From: Vitrella brassicaformis CCMP3155
Lineage: Eukaryota; Protista; Chromerida
Assembly (NCBI GenBank): GCA_001179505.1
Contig: CDMY01000331.1
Span: 54,036-118,035, forward strand
Direction: 5' to 3'
Length of the DNA: 64,000 bases
The notes beneath the pieces are model-generated. The model saw nothing but the letters and a program-made list of their open reading frames with translations. It was not told where the DNA came from and made no database searches. This document shows positions 21,838-35,355 of the stretch, in pieces (position 1 is the first letter of the stretch; every line of letters begins with the position of its first letter). A program made the position numbers and the translations under genes.

Positions 21838-22399
21838 AGGTGCAGCAGAAGATACAACACGAGCGGTGCGCGCGCAGACATAGACACAGAAGGCACACTG
21901 ACTGCATCTCTGTGTGTGTGTGTGTGTGTGTGTGCAGACGAGTGACTCTTCAAGACCCACATGGCGGCCTTTGGCGAGAAGGACAGATGGTCAGAGATGG
22001 GGCATCATGGGCGAAATGGGCAGAGGCAGTGATGCAATCGCTGTCTGCATTTTATATCTCGGTCAGTCCGTGTCTCCGACTTAACACGCACGCCTCTTTC
22101 ATGGCCTCTTCATGGCCTTGGAGACCACCGAAAAAGTCGTAAGTCAACACGAGAGAGCAAGAAAGAGAAGTGGCTGGATGGCCTGTGCCATAGGTGCGGT
22201 CCCCACATAAGCTTTCGGACGTCGTCCAGCGGATGGTAACCCCACACACACACACACACACGCTGATCTCGTGTGTGCATGTTACATGCCTCACTGAAAT
22301 GATCTGACTGAGCTACCCTCTCTGCACTCAGAAACGCAGAAAGAAGGAAAGTGTGGATATGCACAGAGGAGGGATATGCACGTCTGGGAGTGTGGAGAC

Positions 22400-24520
22400 G
22401 TGGCATTTCGTCTGGTGTGCGGGGGGGCAGGACAAGGCCAACGACGCCACCATGGAGCAGGCTCGTGTCAGTGAGCCTGCACCGCACACACACGCGAGCC
22501 TTTCTCTCATTTGTCGTGTGTGTGTGGTGTCTGTTTGTGTGCATCAAGCCTGCTACACCCATCCCAAGGACTGCCGCGAGTGCGCCGCCCAATTCTGGGA
22601 CGAAAATGGCTACTTGGAGGAGACGTCAACTCTCGCATTCCTGCACACACACACACACACTGAAAGAGACAGATGCGCGCATTACCATACCATGTGTGTG
22701 AGAGATGCATACCTCGTGTGAGTATGCAGGGAATGGGTTGTTTGGGTTTGACGAGGACCTCGTAGAGGACGCCGTGGCGGCAGAGAAGGGGGTGCGGACG
22801 ATGGGCATCTTCACTGACAGACAGACACAGACACAGCAGAGTAGCCCCCACACACCCACAGACAGACCGGGGGAAAGGGACGTCGCGTCCGGCAACTGGC
22901 AGACGCACAGACACATCATCTCTGTCCGTGGCATTGTGTGCAGGGCATACTCAGGATGTGTGAAGACAACAAGGCGTCGCTCAAGTAAGCGACCATCAAT
23001 GCATCGATGTCGATGCCTACTGCAGACGCCGGCACATGATCTTTGTCTGCGCAGGGCCAAGTCCAAGATGCGCGGCTTCCACCCGGTGGAGAGATCCGTG
23101 AGAGTCGAAGGTAGGCTAGGGACCTCGATCACATCACGCTAAGTGTTCAGACACGTGTGTACCAATGCCTGTGTTGTGTTCTTTTGCGATGCAACGATCG
23201 GGGCTACAGAGGGCCAGGCGCTGCTTCTTGTGGAAACAACCGAGAAAGTGGTGAGTTGTGAGGATCTCCGGCTTACGGCTTGCTTCACCCACGCGAAAGA
23301 CTGCCGTGAATGTGCCCAGTACTGGGTAGTACCTTTTCCAGCCAGCCTGCCTGCCTGCACAAACACACAGGAAGAGGGAAGAACATCTGTGTGTGTGTGT
23401 GCTCCAGGCAACGGCCTGTTCGGCTACGACGCGGACCTGGTAGAAGATGCCGTGGCCGCTGAAAAGGAGGTGCGCACGATGAGCATCATGGGCAGGGGCA
23501 CACACTCGTATCTCTATCTATCCCTCCATCCATCCGTGTGCATGACTGTCTATGTGAGTGCATGCATGCCCCTATCAATAGAAACCGGCAGTGCAGACAC
23601 ACACACACATTTCCAAACACCCATTCTCCCTCTCTCTCTCTCTCTCTGTGTGTGTCTCGCTCTGCGCACTGCAGCAACGGTCAGATCGCTTTGGGGCGTA
23701 CATGCGCGTCCGTAACGGCAAGATTGGGTATATGATCGAGGTCAGCGCATTGACATATTGCGACACATACACATTGTGTGTGCTGACAGGTCAATGATCC
23801 GAACCCGCAGACGTACACCAAGGAAAAGGAGCAGGTACAGAAACACACACACACATCCACGCACTGCTTTCTCTGTCAACGATTCATGTGTGTGCGCTAA
23901 TGGTGTGTGCAGACCTCCGACCTCTTCAAGACCCAGATAGCCGCGTTCGTCGAGAAGGATAAGTGCGAGCAGCTGGACCAGGTGGTATGTGCGTGAGTAC
24001 ACATACGAGGAACACACAGCTCTCTGTGTGTGTGTCTATACGTCAGCTGTCGGCCGATTTCGAAGGCAACGCCTTCTGAGGACACCAAACACTTGGTGGG
24101 CCTACCTGTTCACATGGCTCATATGGCCCTCACCAAACACACAGAGACAGAGAGATACGAAACCATCTCTGTGTGCAGGGAATGAGTACATGGACTCGCT
24201 TCCAGCGTCGCAGTTCACAGGTGCCCCTATAGACGCCCAGACCTTCAACAAGGAGAAGGACAAGGTATAGAAACACACACACACACACATATCCACTCAA
24301 ACGGCTTTCTCTGTCAACGCTTCATGTGTGTCGAATGGTGTGTGCAGACCTCCGACCTCTTTGTGGAGGACAAGTGCGAAGATCTTGACCAAGTGGTATG
24401 TGAGCACACACATGAGGAACGCACAGACTAGGATGGATATCTCTATCTCTCTCTGTATGTGTGTATCTCAGCTGTCCGCCGACTTCCAGGGCAATGCGTT
24501 CTCGGTCAGCAACACACAGT
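22400..24520 (+). pseudogene. Scrambled pseudogene copy of the N-terminal half of the membrane-protein gene at 25239
   Basis: Same exons (CYTHPKDCRECAA, GNGLFGFDEDLVEDAVAAEK, QRSDRFGAYMRVRNGKIGYMIE, TSDLFKTQ..). No signal-peptide exon is seen, there is an in-frame TGA at 24077-24079 (W in the paralog), and exons are re-duplicated at 23290-23470 and 24220-24520. Confidence 0.7.
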
Positions 24521-25238
24521 GTGTCACACACACAGACAGTCACACTCAGACTCACAGAGAGAAAGAAGTGCATCAATACCATGTGTCTGTCTGTCCAGGG
24601 AACGGCTTGCTAGAAAACGCAGAGATGGGCAGAGGCAGACAATTTTTGTATGGATGTCGCATTTATGCATTCATGCAATCGCTGTCTACATCTTATATCT
24701 CCGTCAGTTTGTGTCTCCGACTTAACACGCATGGAAAGTGATTGCAAGGCCGTGTGCGAGACATCTGTGAAGACATGGACGAGGCATGTCCTTAATCGAA
24801 TCGACACACTAGGAGAATAGCAATCAAGATGTCACTCCATCACACGTCTGCAAACGTCTGGGAAAGCCATGAACACCGTGCTCTCTTTCCATTCCCACAG
24901 CACTGCATCATATGACATCCGCTTCTCTCTCTCTCTCCTCTCTCTCTCTCTTGCGCATTCTGACCTCTCTGCCGTTCATGTCCATGCTAGCAGGGATGAC
25001 GTGAATGCGCACGCGCTAAGCTAGCAGACCCGTGCTCGGGATGGGAGTGATGGACGAACACAAATAACGGACCACCTTGGAGAGCGAGATGCCTCCACGC
25101 CCTCTTCCAGCTCTTTCCAAGGCGCGCTGAAGGGAGGCATTGGCGACGGCATGAATGGATCGCTCCAAGGCGCGCAGAGGGACGCTGCAGAGCTCCCGAG
25201 GACACACACACACACACGCCACACAGAGGCCGAGAGCG

Positions 25239-25499
25239 ATGACGACGGCACTGCTGCTGCTGATGCTGATGCTGCTGGCCCTCTTCGCGAGGGAGGCGAG
25301 AGGTACGCACATCTGCCTGTGTGTTGGTGTGGAGAGATCTCTCCGTGATCTCCGCGTGTGGCATTTCTTGTGGTGTGCAGGGGCGCAGGACAAGGACATC
25401 ACCGGCACCATGGAGGCCCTGTACCTCAACATGGCCCGCGTAAGTGAACGAACGCGTTGAGCTGCCTGTGCTGGCTGCCACACAAGCACATGCATGAGC

Positions 25500-25557
<58 letters not shown>

Positions 25558-27944
25558 AATAGGCGTGTTACACGCACCCAAAGGACTGCCGCGAATGCGC
25601 CGCCTTGTGGGATGAGAACGGCTACCTCGGCGGTACGTCGCTTCTCACATCCATCCGAGGAATGCATTTCTGTCTAATGCTTGTGTGGATGTGTGCTTCA
25701 GGCAACGGCCTCTTCGGCTACGACAGCGATCTAGTCGAAGACGCCGTAGCCGCCGAGAAGGAGGTGGACATGATGGGCGACACGGGCAGAGACAGACAGA
25801 TGCAGACTAGCCCCCACACACTCACACACAGACCACACACACACGACAGCCCAAAGCAGGTACCACGTATCTGTATTGTACACAAAGAAGGGTGGAGATC
25901 ACCCTGTCTGTGTCATTTGCGTGATACTGGTGGGCACACAGACAGAACACCTCTCTCGCTGTGTGTGTCTGTGGCATTGTGTGCAGGGCATTATGCGCAT
26001 GTGCGAGGACAACAAGGAGTCCCTGAAGTAAGTGATGCTCATCGATGCGTTGATGAATAGGGACACCCACATACAGCCATGTGTGTATGTGTGCAGGCAG
26101 AAGTCCAAGATGCGCGGGTTCCACCCAGTCGAGCGCTCTGTCCGTGTTGAAGGTACGCTAGGGACCCGACAAAGCGTGCATACAGGTGTGAAAATGCGTG
26201 TGTTGTGTATTGTGATGCAGCGATCGGAGCGACCGAGGGGCAGGCCCTGCTGCTTGTCGAGACAACCGAGAAAGTGGTGAGTGCATGCACAATACACGCA
26301 GAGAGGTGTGTGTGTCTGTGTGTGTGTGTGTGTGTGTGGTATAGGTGCGGTCACCACATAAACTCTCGGACGTCATTCAACAGATGGTAACCTCACACTG
26401 TGATCGCGTGTATGTGTGTACGTGTGCACTGAGCTACGCTACCCTCTGTGCACACAACACAATGCACGTGTGTGTAAATCTACACACACGTGTAGTGTGT
26501 TGTGTTGCGTGTGCACACTGATCTCTTTCTCTCTCTTTCTCTCTCTGTGCGTGCGTGAGGATTCCCATCTCACTTTTTTATGCATGTACTGCTCCTCTGA
26601 TATCTCTACTCTTCTCGCTTAGGTCACAATGAGCATCAGCGTAAGAGCATCAAACTGACTGGCTGACTGACTGAAAGAAAGAAAGAATGACAGAGAGAGA
26701 TCAGTCAGTGCATTTGCATGAGTGCGTCCGCGTGTCTATACCTATCCCTCCACTCACTCACCCATTCATGTGCATGATTGTCTGTGTGAGTGCATGCCTC
26801 TATCAATACAAACCGGCAGTGCAGACACACTCACACATGCCCGAGAACCCATTCCCTCTCTCTCTGTGTGTGTCCCTCTGCACTGCAGCAACGTTCAGAT
26901 CGCTTCGGCGTCTACATGAGGGTCCGTAACGGGAAAATAGGGTATATGATCGAGGTCAGCACATTGACACATTGGGGCACATACACACGCGCACACAAGG
27001 GGGGGCGAAGGAGAACGTGTGTGGTTGTCTGTGGCTGTGGGTTGATGACAGGTCAACGACCCGCACCCCGAGAGCTACACCAAGGAGAAGGAGAAGGTAC
27101 CGACACGGACAAAGACACTCACACGCTTGGCCACACACACGGCTTTCTCTGACAACAATGCCTGTGTGTGTGCGTGTGTGTGCGAATGGTGTGTGCAGAC
27201 CAGCGACTTGTTGAAGGCCCAGATGAAGGCGTTCGTCGAGAAGGACAAATGCGACGAGCTGGACTCGGTGGTATGTGCGTATGAGCACACAGATGACGAA
27301 CACACAGATGGATGGATCGTGTGTGTTATGCCAGCTTTCGGCCGACTTCGAGGGAAATGCTTTCTGGCAACACAACACACTCGGTCGGTCGACCTGCCTC
27401 TTCACATGGCTCATATGGCTCTTGCCACATACACACACACAGAGAGGGAGAGACACACGCGTCTATCTGTGTCCAGGGAGCCAGTATATGGACTCCCTTC
27501 CGGCATCGCAGTTCAGAGGTCAACCTACACACACACACACACACTCGCGAACATGATGCGTGTATGTGTAAGGGTCTCACGTGTCTGTTGATGTGCGCAG
27601 ATGCCTGCCACGCGCTGCACAAGAAACTCAAACACATGGGAAAGCAGTCAGTGTGACAGATACACATACAAATACATGGCGACATGAGTGGATGGATGTG
27701 CGTGCATGTGTGTGTGTGGTCAGCCTGCACCCGCACCCCGAGATCGAGTACACCATTCGCGAGCTCTTCAGCGACCCATTCTCACGTACGCACATACACA
27801 AACATGCATACACTCATGTGCACGAAAGGCGATTGTGTGGGTGGATGCACTTGTGCAGGGACGTCTATGGTGTCGATTGACCTCGACTGGATACGCAAAG
27901 TCAGCACACACACACACATTCTGTCAGTACATGGGTTGGTGAGC

Positions 27945-27975
<31 letters not shown>

Positions 27976-30101
27976 TAGGACGCCCACACCAGTGCGACGT
28001 TCCTGATGGATGGCGAGAACCAAGTTAGCCAACACACACACACACACACACACATGCAACAGCAAACACGCATTACCCATGTGTGGGCAATGTGTGTGTC
28101 TTATTAGGATCTGCTCACGCGTCTCAAGCAAGCAGAGCAAAAGAGCGAACAGGTGAGCAAATCCATCCATCCACACACACATGGACACCCACATCTCTCT
28201 GTGTGCATATGTGTGTAGGTGTACGCCAAGATCGGTCAAATGGAAGACAAGCTCGACCAGACCACCGAAAAAGCCGCACAAATGAACGACGTGGTTCGCG
28301 AACCACGTCGTCCCCCTCCCTCACATACACACACATACACACAGACAGACATATCACTGCTGGAATCCATGTATGGATGTATCCGCAGATCGATTCCTTG
28401 AAGGGTGCACTCGAGAGCGCACGACAAGAAGCCGAACGGGTAAGTAACCTCCCACACACAAGCCAAGCCTCTCACACACACACCGGGCACACACGCATTG
28501 ATGGATGGACGGATGGATGGATGGATGACCCACTTGCATGTGTGTTGTGTGTAGGTGGAGCGCATCGACGAGGAGATGCAGCGCGTAAGCCCAGCAAGCA
28601 TGCACACACACACACACGTACGCGTGTGTCTGTCTGTCTGTGTGATGTGTGCAGGAGAGCGAGGCCGCCCTAGACCAGCTGCAGAGAGCTGTCGAGGTCA
28701 GTCAGCCAGTACCCACACCCACTCCACTCATATGTGCATTCCCCCCTCTTTGTTTGTGTGTTTGTAGGGCGCCGAGCGCACCGCCCAGCGCATCAGAGAG
28801 GAAGAGAAACGAGCCGCAGAGCAGCAGGCCAACCAGCCGCAGGTAGACGGACCAAGACCACAGCTTTCTCCCATCCAGTTCTGTGTGCACTTGAGTGTGT
28901 ATGTGTGTGTGTGTAGGGTGAAGTGCAGCCGACAGAGACGCCAACAGACACAGACACAGACACCGAGGGCGAGCCATCAGCGGTCGGTATCCAACATACA
29001 CACACACACGCAACACAAGAAGAGAGAGAGAGAGGGAGAGACCATGCCCACTGGTACTTATGTGTGTCTGTGTGTGTATTGGGTGCAGGTGCTGATGCAG
29101 GCCATGACGGAGGCCATGAAGGAAGCCGACCAACGAGAAGTGAGGAGCCAACACTCTCAGACACACACACACATGTGCCTCCATCCATCTATCTCCCTCT
29201 GTGTGCAGGCTGCTGGAGGGATGGGTAGTGTGGGTGCCGCGGAGCGTCCTCCCTCGCCCGCGTCTCCCCCCACCATCCCCACTGCTGGAGAAGGCGAACA
29301 TGCACATGAGCATGCACAAGGGCACGGGGCCGTGGCAGCACACGAGCATGTGGCGGAGCACGAGCATGAAAAGACAGAGGAGGCGCCAGAGGTGCGTGTG
29401 CAGAGAGAGAGAGGGGGAGAGACGTTGATGTGTGTGTGGCTCTGTTGATGTGTGTGTGTGCAGCCGGCATTGCCCTCCTCTCTGCGTGTACTGGCCTTCT
29501 TCAAGCTGAACGGCGACAACATGAAGATCTCCAACGAGGTGAGTGAAGCGCCCACACACATTCATGACACAGAGAGAGTGCAGATGGCCGGAAAGATGCA
29601 AAGAAACACACACATTGGTGTCTCGTGTGTTGTGCGTGTGTTGTGTGCAGGTGCTGTTTGTGGTTCCGAAGCCCAAGGGCAACACGGCATCGGTGCAGTC
29701 CGCTTTGCTCGACATCACCGAAGAGGCACCCGGCATGCCGAAACCAGGTAGGTACCTGCACACACACATCTCACACACCGACGGACAGACGGGCATCGTG
29801 TCTGTATGTCTGTTGTGTGTGTGTGTGTGCAGGGTATTGGCTGATCCCGGCCGGGATCATTCTGGGCTTTGCGGTGCTCGGTATGCATCCCACCCACATC
29901 CACAGAGAGAGAGAGAGTGTCAACAAGGTGTCTGTAATGTCTGTCTCGCTATGCGCAGGTGTGATCATCGCCCGCTGCAACCCGACGGCCGAGAAGAACA
30001 AGCCGCTCATCCCCACCTACCAGCGGCTCAACGACCCCCCCACACGTAGATCCAGAGAGAGCAACCACAGCCAACGCCTCGACAGCAGCGACGTCCCCTG
30101 A
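25239..30101 (+). CDS. Novel type I membrane protein (about 30 small exons): signal peptide, Cys-containing ectodomain, coiled coil, single TM helix, short tail
   Basis: MTTALLLLMLMLLALFAREARG; in-phase GT-AG exon chain ACYTHPKDCRECAALWDENGYLG / GIMRMCEDNKESLK / QRSDRFGVYMRVRNGKIGYMIE / LSADFEGNAFWQHNTL / DLLTRLKQAEQKSEQ ... / GYWLIPAGIILGFAVL|GVIIAR, then NPTAEKNKPLIPTYQRL..SSDVP*. Confidence 0.7.
25500..25555. repeat. Example intronic compound microsatellite (CT)n(GT)n; (GT)n, (GA)n, (GACA)n and (GATG)n tracts occur in most introns of the window
   Basis: Read directly from the sequence. Confidence 0.95.
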
Positions 30102-30993
30102 ACTGCCTGCCTCCCTCCCTGGCTGTTGGTGCATGGAAACACACACACACACACGGCGGTCGGTGCTGTGTGTGTGTATGGTGATATGTACGTACGTATG
30201 TCTTTTGTACGTGTTATTGCGTATTGAGAGTACGTATTGCCGGAATGGTGCGATCGATGGACGTGTGCGCGTGTGTGCATCGATGGCTGGTGGTCGTGTG
30301 GATGGATGGATGGGTGGGTGGGTGGGGGCCAGGCCGGTTTTCTCGTGTTTAGTTGGCGTAGTCGGACAGACAGACAGACAGACAGACACCGAATGCAGCA
30401 TACGGCCATTTTCTCGGTTGCCCCCTTCCTCCCTCCCTCCCTCCCTCCCTCCCTCCCTCATCCCCCATTCAAAGCAGTGCGTTTTAAGTGTCGTGTCGTG
30501 TGTATGCGTATCGTGTGTACACACGGCAGCTCTCTCTCGTGCGTGAGCAGAGGGAGAGCACCACTACTTGCCAGCAGTTTTCCAACCTACACACCACACG
30601 CGCCTCTGTGTCGCCCGTCTGTGTGTGTGTTTTTTCCCTTCTCCCTCGGTTTTGGTTTGCTCCCTCTCTTTCTCTCTCGGCTGGTGTCGTGTGGTCCGCT
30701 GTGTTGTGGTGTGTATGACTTGCCCATACGCACACACACACGATTCGTCCGTGTGTCGTGTGTGACAATTCTCCGGTCAGTCTGCCTGTGTGTCGGCATG
30801 TCGGTGTGTGTCGCGGTTGCTGATGGATGGATGGATGGATGCGCCATGCGCGCCGCCCCAAAGTCAGATTGTCACATGGAAATTGACAGATTGGCAGATT
30901 CTGTACATCACTGTCGAGTCAACACATGTTGTCTCACACGTATGGATGTGTACACACAAATTCATCTGATCATTCAGCTGCTGGCATACTCCG

Positions 30994-31743
30994 TCATGGC
31001 TGCTCCTCGTCGGCGATCGGGTTTGCGTGAATGATCATCTGCACCACACACACATCCACACACAGATGTGGAGAGATCCCTGCACATGCTATCGGAAGAG
31101 CCGCACGTACCTCTTCGATGACAATTGGCCTCTGTGGCCTGTGTGTGTCGGGGTCAGTCGGCTCTGCACACTCACACACCGACACGCGTACAAATGGAGT
31201 TATCAGAGAGAATGTGTCTGTGTACCTTTCTCCATCTTGTCAAGGGTGTCGAGCCCATCGATTAACCTGAACACACACATAGTCCATCCATCCACCATCT
31301 GTCTGTTTGTCTGCGTGTATGTGTGTGCTTACCTGCCGAAGACGCTGTAGACGCCATTGAGGTGTGGCTGTCTGCTGTGAGTGATGAAGAACTGACTGCC
31401 GTTGGTCGACGGACGTCCCTACATAATACACACCATACACAGGCACATAGTATGACCACTTGTCGACGGTGTGGTTGGTGCGGCCTCGTTCAGCTCACCA
31501 GGTTGGCCATGGACACGATTCCCCTGCGATCGTGCTGACATACACACAGACACACACACGCACAAAGGAAAGAATGCGTTGCGGACACTCAGGTGGATGG
31601 ATGGATATGCGCACCTTGAGTGTCGCGACGAACTCGTCTTCGAAGTACTTGTTGGGGTAGATGGACGCACCACCCTGACAATCACACACCACACAGCAGA
31701 GAGAGTGTGCATACCCTCTCCCCCTCTCTCCCTCTCCCTCTCC

Positions 31744-31777
<34 letters not shown>

Positions 31778-32242
31778 TCATGGTGGTGTGTGTACCTTCC
31801 CCGTGCCCGTCGGGTCGCCTCCCTGGATCATGAAGCCCTTGATGTTCCTACACCATACACACACAGACACATAGACACATAGACATACAGACAGTCAGTC
31901 AGTCAGAGAGCTTGATGCCATTACATTCATCAGACAGCATCTTACGTACCTGTGGAACTTGGTGCCATTGTAGTAGCCACTCGCCGCCAAAGCCAGGAAG
32001 TTCTGTGAACAACACACAGATCAGATCACGCACCGTGTGACGAACATGGATCCATGTGTGTGTTCGCCCACCCCACCGCACCTTGCAGCACTTGGGCGCC
32101 TGGTGACAGAACAACTCAACCTGCGAAACAGACAGACAGACAGAAACAACAACACGTTGATGGTGAGCATGGCCACTCATGAGTGATGGAATGTGTGTAT
32201 GACCTTCAGATCTCCAAGATTCGTCTTGATTGTCACCGACAT
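30994..32242 (-). CDS. PPIL3: Cyclophilin-type peptidyl-prolyl isomerase, PPIL3-like (10 exons)
   Basis: MSVTIKTNLGDLK|VELFC..|NFLALAASGYYNGTKFHR|NIKGFMIQGGDPTGTGK|GGASIY..FEDEF..|HDRRGIVSMANL|GRPSTNGSQFFITHSRQPHLNGVYSVFGR|LIDGLDTLDKMEK|..|MIIHANPIADEEQP*. Confidence 0.93.
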
Positions 32243-32502
32243 TTCTCCCCCTCCTTGCCCCTTTTTTCTCGCGCTTGCGAGCTCAGCGATCGGCACCTCA
32301 CCGCCCTTTTGTCATTGCCGAGCGTCGTTCTCGGCCTGCCGGACACCCTCAGCTGTGACCCTACTGGCTGCAAACACCGATCTCTCCTGAACGAGGCCGC
32401 GATGTCTGTCACCTCAAGCAGCACCATCACAGCGGAGATGCTGCAAAACATCATAGACGGTACGCACATGACCCAACATGGACCCCTGAGGGTGTCATTG
32501 CC
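31525..32502. repeat. 978-bp apparently identical direct repeat (second copy 34479-35456) flanking two 300-N gaps
   Basis: ORF coordinates in the two copies are offset by a constant 2954 bp, and no differences were seen by eye. Confidence 0.9.
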
Positions 32503-32802
32503 NNNNNNNNNNNNNNNNNNNNNNNNNNNNNNNNNNNNNNNNNNNNNNNNNNNNNNNNNNNNNNNNNNNNNNNNNNNNNNNNNNNNNNNNNNNNNNNNNN
32601 NNNNNNNNNNNNNNNNNNNNNNNNNNNNNNNNNNNNNNNNNNNNNNNNNNNNNNNNNNNNNNNNNNNNNNNNNNNNNNNNNNNNNNNNNNNNNNNNNNNN
32701 NNNNNNNNNNNNNNNNNNNNNNNNNNNNNNNNNNNNNNNNNNNNNNNNNNNNNNNNNNNNNNNNNNNNNNNNNNNNNNNNNNNNNNNNNNNNNNNNNNNN
32801 NN

Positions 32803-34178
32803 ACTCGATCCCCTTGTCTTTTGTCCCACTCAGATAGCGAAGAACCCTCTTTGCTGTCTGCCAATGCCCAAAACCGGGCTCATGAGCATATCGTGCAAGC
32901 GCCTTGACCACATAGGCGATGTCCGAGCAGCACGTGACCGAGCAGAACATCAATGCGCCAACGAGTTGCCGATAGGGAACCTTCTTCATCTTCGTCTTCT
33001 CTTCGTCCGTCTTCGGTGACATCTCAGAGGTCAGTTGGATACCGGACGCACAAGGGAAATCCACTGGGTTCGCATTCTCCATGCTGAATCTCTTGAGCAT
33101 CTTGTCGATGTACTGTGGCTGTGTGATCTGCAGGGTCCTTTCTTGACGATCGCGGATGATCTTGAGGCCGAGAAAGATGTCAACCTCGCCCAGGTCCTTC
33201 GTCGCAAACACGCTCGACAGCTGCTGCTTGAACCAGGTGACCCCCTCTTGTTCGCTGACGATGAGAATGTCGTTGACGAACACCACAAGAAGGATGTTGT
33301 TGTCCTTATGCAGGTACACACAGGGCTCCTGAGGGTGGCGAACGAACCCTCTGTCGAGTAGCTGGTTGTGAAGAGTGATGTTCCATGCGCGCGGGGCTTC
33401 CTTGAGGCCATACAATGCCTTCCGTAGACGAACAACATGGCCGGGCTTCTCATATCCAGGTGGGCACCGCATAAAGACAGGCTTGTCCAGCGGGGCGTTG
33501 AGAAATGCTGTGTTGATGTCCATCTGATGTATCTCCAGGTTGAGTTGATTCGCCAGGGCAAACGCTGATCGAACAATGTGGTAGGAGGGCGTAGGGGGAA
33601 ACACGTCGTCCACTTGGTTGCCGTCTTGTTCGAATCCTCTTGCGACGATGCGAGCCTTGTACTTGTCAGGCTTGAGGGCAAATACCCATCTGCATGAGAT
33701 GATCTTGGTCGTTGCGGCGTTCGTTGGCACGTACTCAAACACTCCCAGGTCTTCAATCGACTTCATCTCACGATCCATGGCTTCTTTCCATTGGTCTGCT
33801 GCTGCTGACTTGATGGCTTGGTTATAGGTCTTCGGTATGGTTGGCTGAAATAGCTGTGGAAGTGATGGGTCATCTGCGGTCTTGTCGTCTTCCGATGGGT
33901 CTTCTGTCATCTCGCCATCTTCATTGACAAAGAGCAGGTCAGGATGATCGAAGAAGTGGTCTTTATAGACGCGTCCAGGGATGCGTCGCTCATCCGTTGT
34001 TCTTGTCGTTCTTGTCTGTTGCTCATCAGTGTCTTCCTCCCCCTGTTGACCATTGCCGTCTTCTTCAATGATCGTCATGTCATCTTGGGCATCATTTGTC
34101 TCCTGATGCTGGTGTGGTTCGTTGTTGTCGTCGTGTATGTCTTCGATTGCTGGTAGGGGCTCACTCACAGATGTTTCG
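32803..34178 (-). mobile_element. Ty1/copia LTR retrotransposon pol fragment (reverse transcriptase, RVT_2), bounded by assembly gaps
   Basis: PKTYNQAIKS..QWKEAMDREMKSI, KYKARIVARGFEQ, QMDINTAFLNA, LRKALYGLKEAPRAW, LLVVFVNDILI (the YVDD motif reads FVND, 33269-33280), PYRQLVGALMF, AKRVLRYLSGT. Confidence 0.95.
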
Positions 34179-34478
34179 NNNNNNNNNNNNNNNNNNNNNN
34201 NNNNNNNNNNNNNNNNNNNNNNNNNNNNNNNNNNNNNNNNNNNNNNNNNNNNNNNNNNNNNNNNNNNNNNNNNNNNNNNNNNNNNNNNNNNNNNNNNNNN
34301 NNNNNNNNNNNNNNNNNNNNNNNNNNNNNNNNNNNNNNNNNNNNNNNNNNNNNNNNNNNNNNNNNNNNNNNNNNNNNNNNNNNNNNNNNNNNNNNNNNNN
34401 NNNNNNNNNNNNNNNNNNNNNNNNNNNNNNNNNNNNNNNNNNNNNNNNNNNNNNNNNNNNNNNNNNNNNNNNNNNNNN

Positions 34479-34697
34479 TGCGATCGTGCTGACATACACA
34501 CAGACACACACACGCACAAAGGAAAGAATGCGTTGCGGACACTCAGGTGGATGGATGGATATGCGCACCTTGAGTGTCGCGACGAACTCGTCTTCGAAGT
34601 ACTTGTTGGGGTAGATGGACGCACCACCCTGACAATCACACACCACACAGCAGAGAGAGTGTGCATACCCTCTCCCCCTCTCTCCCTCTCCCTCTCC

Positions 34698-34731
<34 letters not shown>

Positions 34732-35196
34732 TCATGGTGGTGTGTGTACCTTCCCCGTGCCCGTCGGGTCGCCTCCCTGGATCATGAAGCCCTTGATGTT
34801 CCTACACCATACACACACAGACACATAGACACATAGACATACAGACAGTCAGTCAGTCAGAGAGCTTGATGCCATTACATTCATCAGACAGCATCTTACG
34901 TACCTGTGGAACTTGGTGCCATTGTAGTAGCCACTCGCCGCCAAAGCCAGGAAGTTCTGTGAACAACACACAGATCAGATCACGCACCGTGTGACGAACA
35001 TGGATCCATGTGTGTGTTCGCCCACCCCACCGCACCTTGCAGCACTTGGGCGCCTGGTGACAGAACAACTCAACCTGCGAAACAGACAGACAGACAGAAA
35101 CAACAACACGTTGATGGTGAGCATGGCCACTCATGAGTGATGGAATGTGTGTATGACCTTCAGATCTCCAAGATTCGTCTTGATTGTCACCGACAT
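34479..35196 (-). pseudogene. PPIL3: Partial second copy of PPIL3 exons 1-5/6 within the duplicated segment (possibly an assembly artefact)
   Basis: Matches 31525-32242 and is truncated at the N gap. Confidence 0.6.
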
Positions 35197-35355
35197 TTCT
35201 CCCCCTCCTTGCCCCTTTTTTCTCGCGCTTGCGAGCTCAGCGATCGGCACCTCACCGCCCTTTTGTCATTGCCGAGCGTCGTTCTCGGCCTGCCGGACAC
35301 CCTCAGCTGTGACCCTACTGGCTGCAAACACCGATCTCTCCTGAACGAGGCCGCG

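Noticed and set aside
12700-22300. CRISPR-like or regularly spaced repeat array
   Set aside because: The repeats are irregular gene-segment duplications in eukaryotic DNA, with no constant repeat-spacer periodicity.
25239-30101. Possible identity as HAP2/GCS1 or KAR5/GEX1 fusion protein
   Set aside because: The Cys spacing and single TM helix do not match what I know of either family; left unassigned.
21700-31000. Many ORFs rich in THTHT, CVCVC, ERERE or TDRQ
   Set aside because: Translations of intronic (CA)n, (GT)n, (GA)n and (GACA)n microsatellites.
32495-34735. 746-aa ORF
   Set aside because: Artificially joined across two N gaps; only 32803-34178 (copia RT) is real coding sequence.
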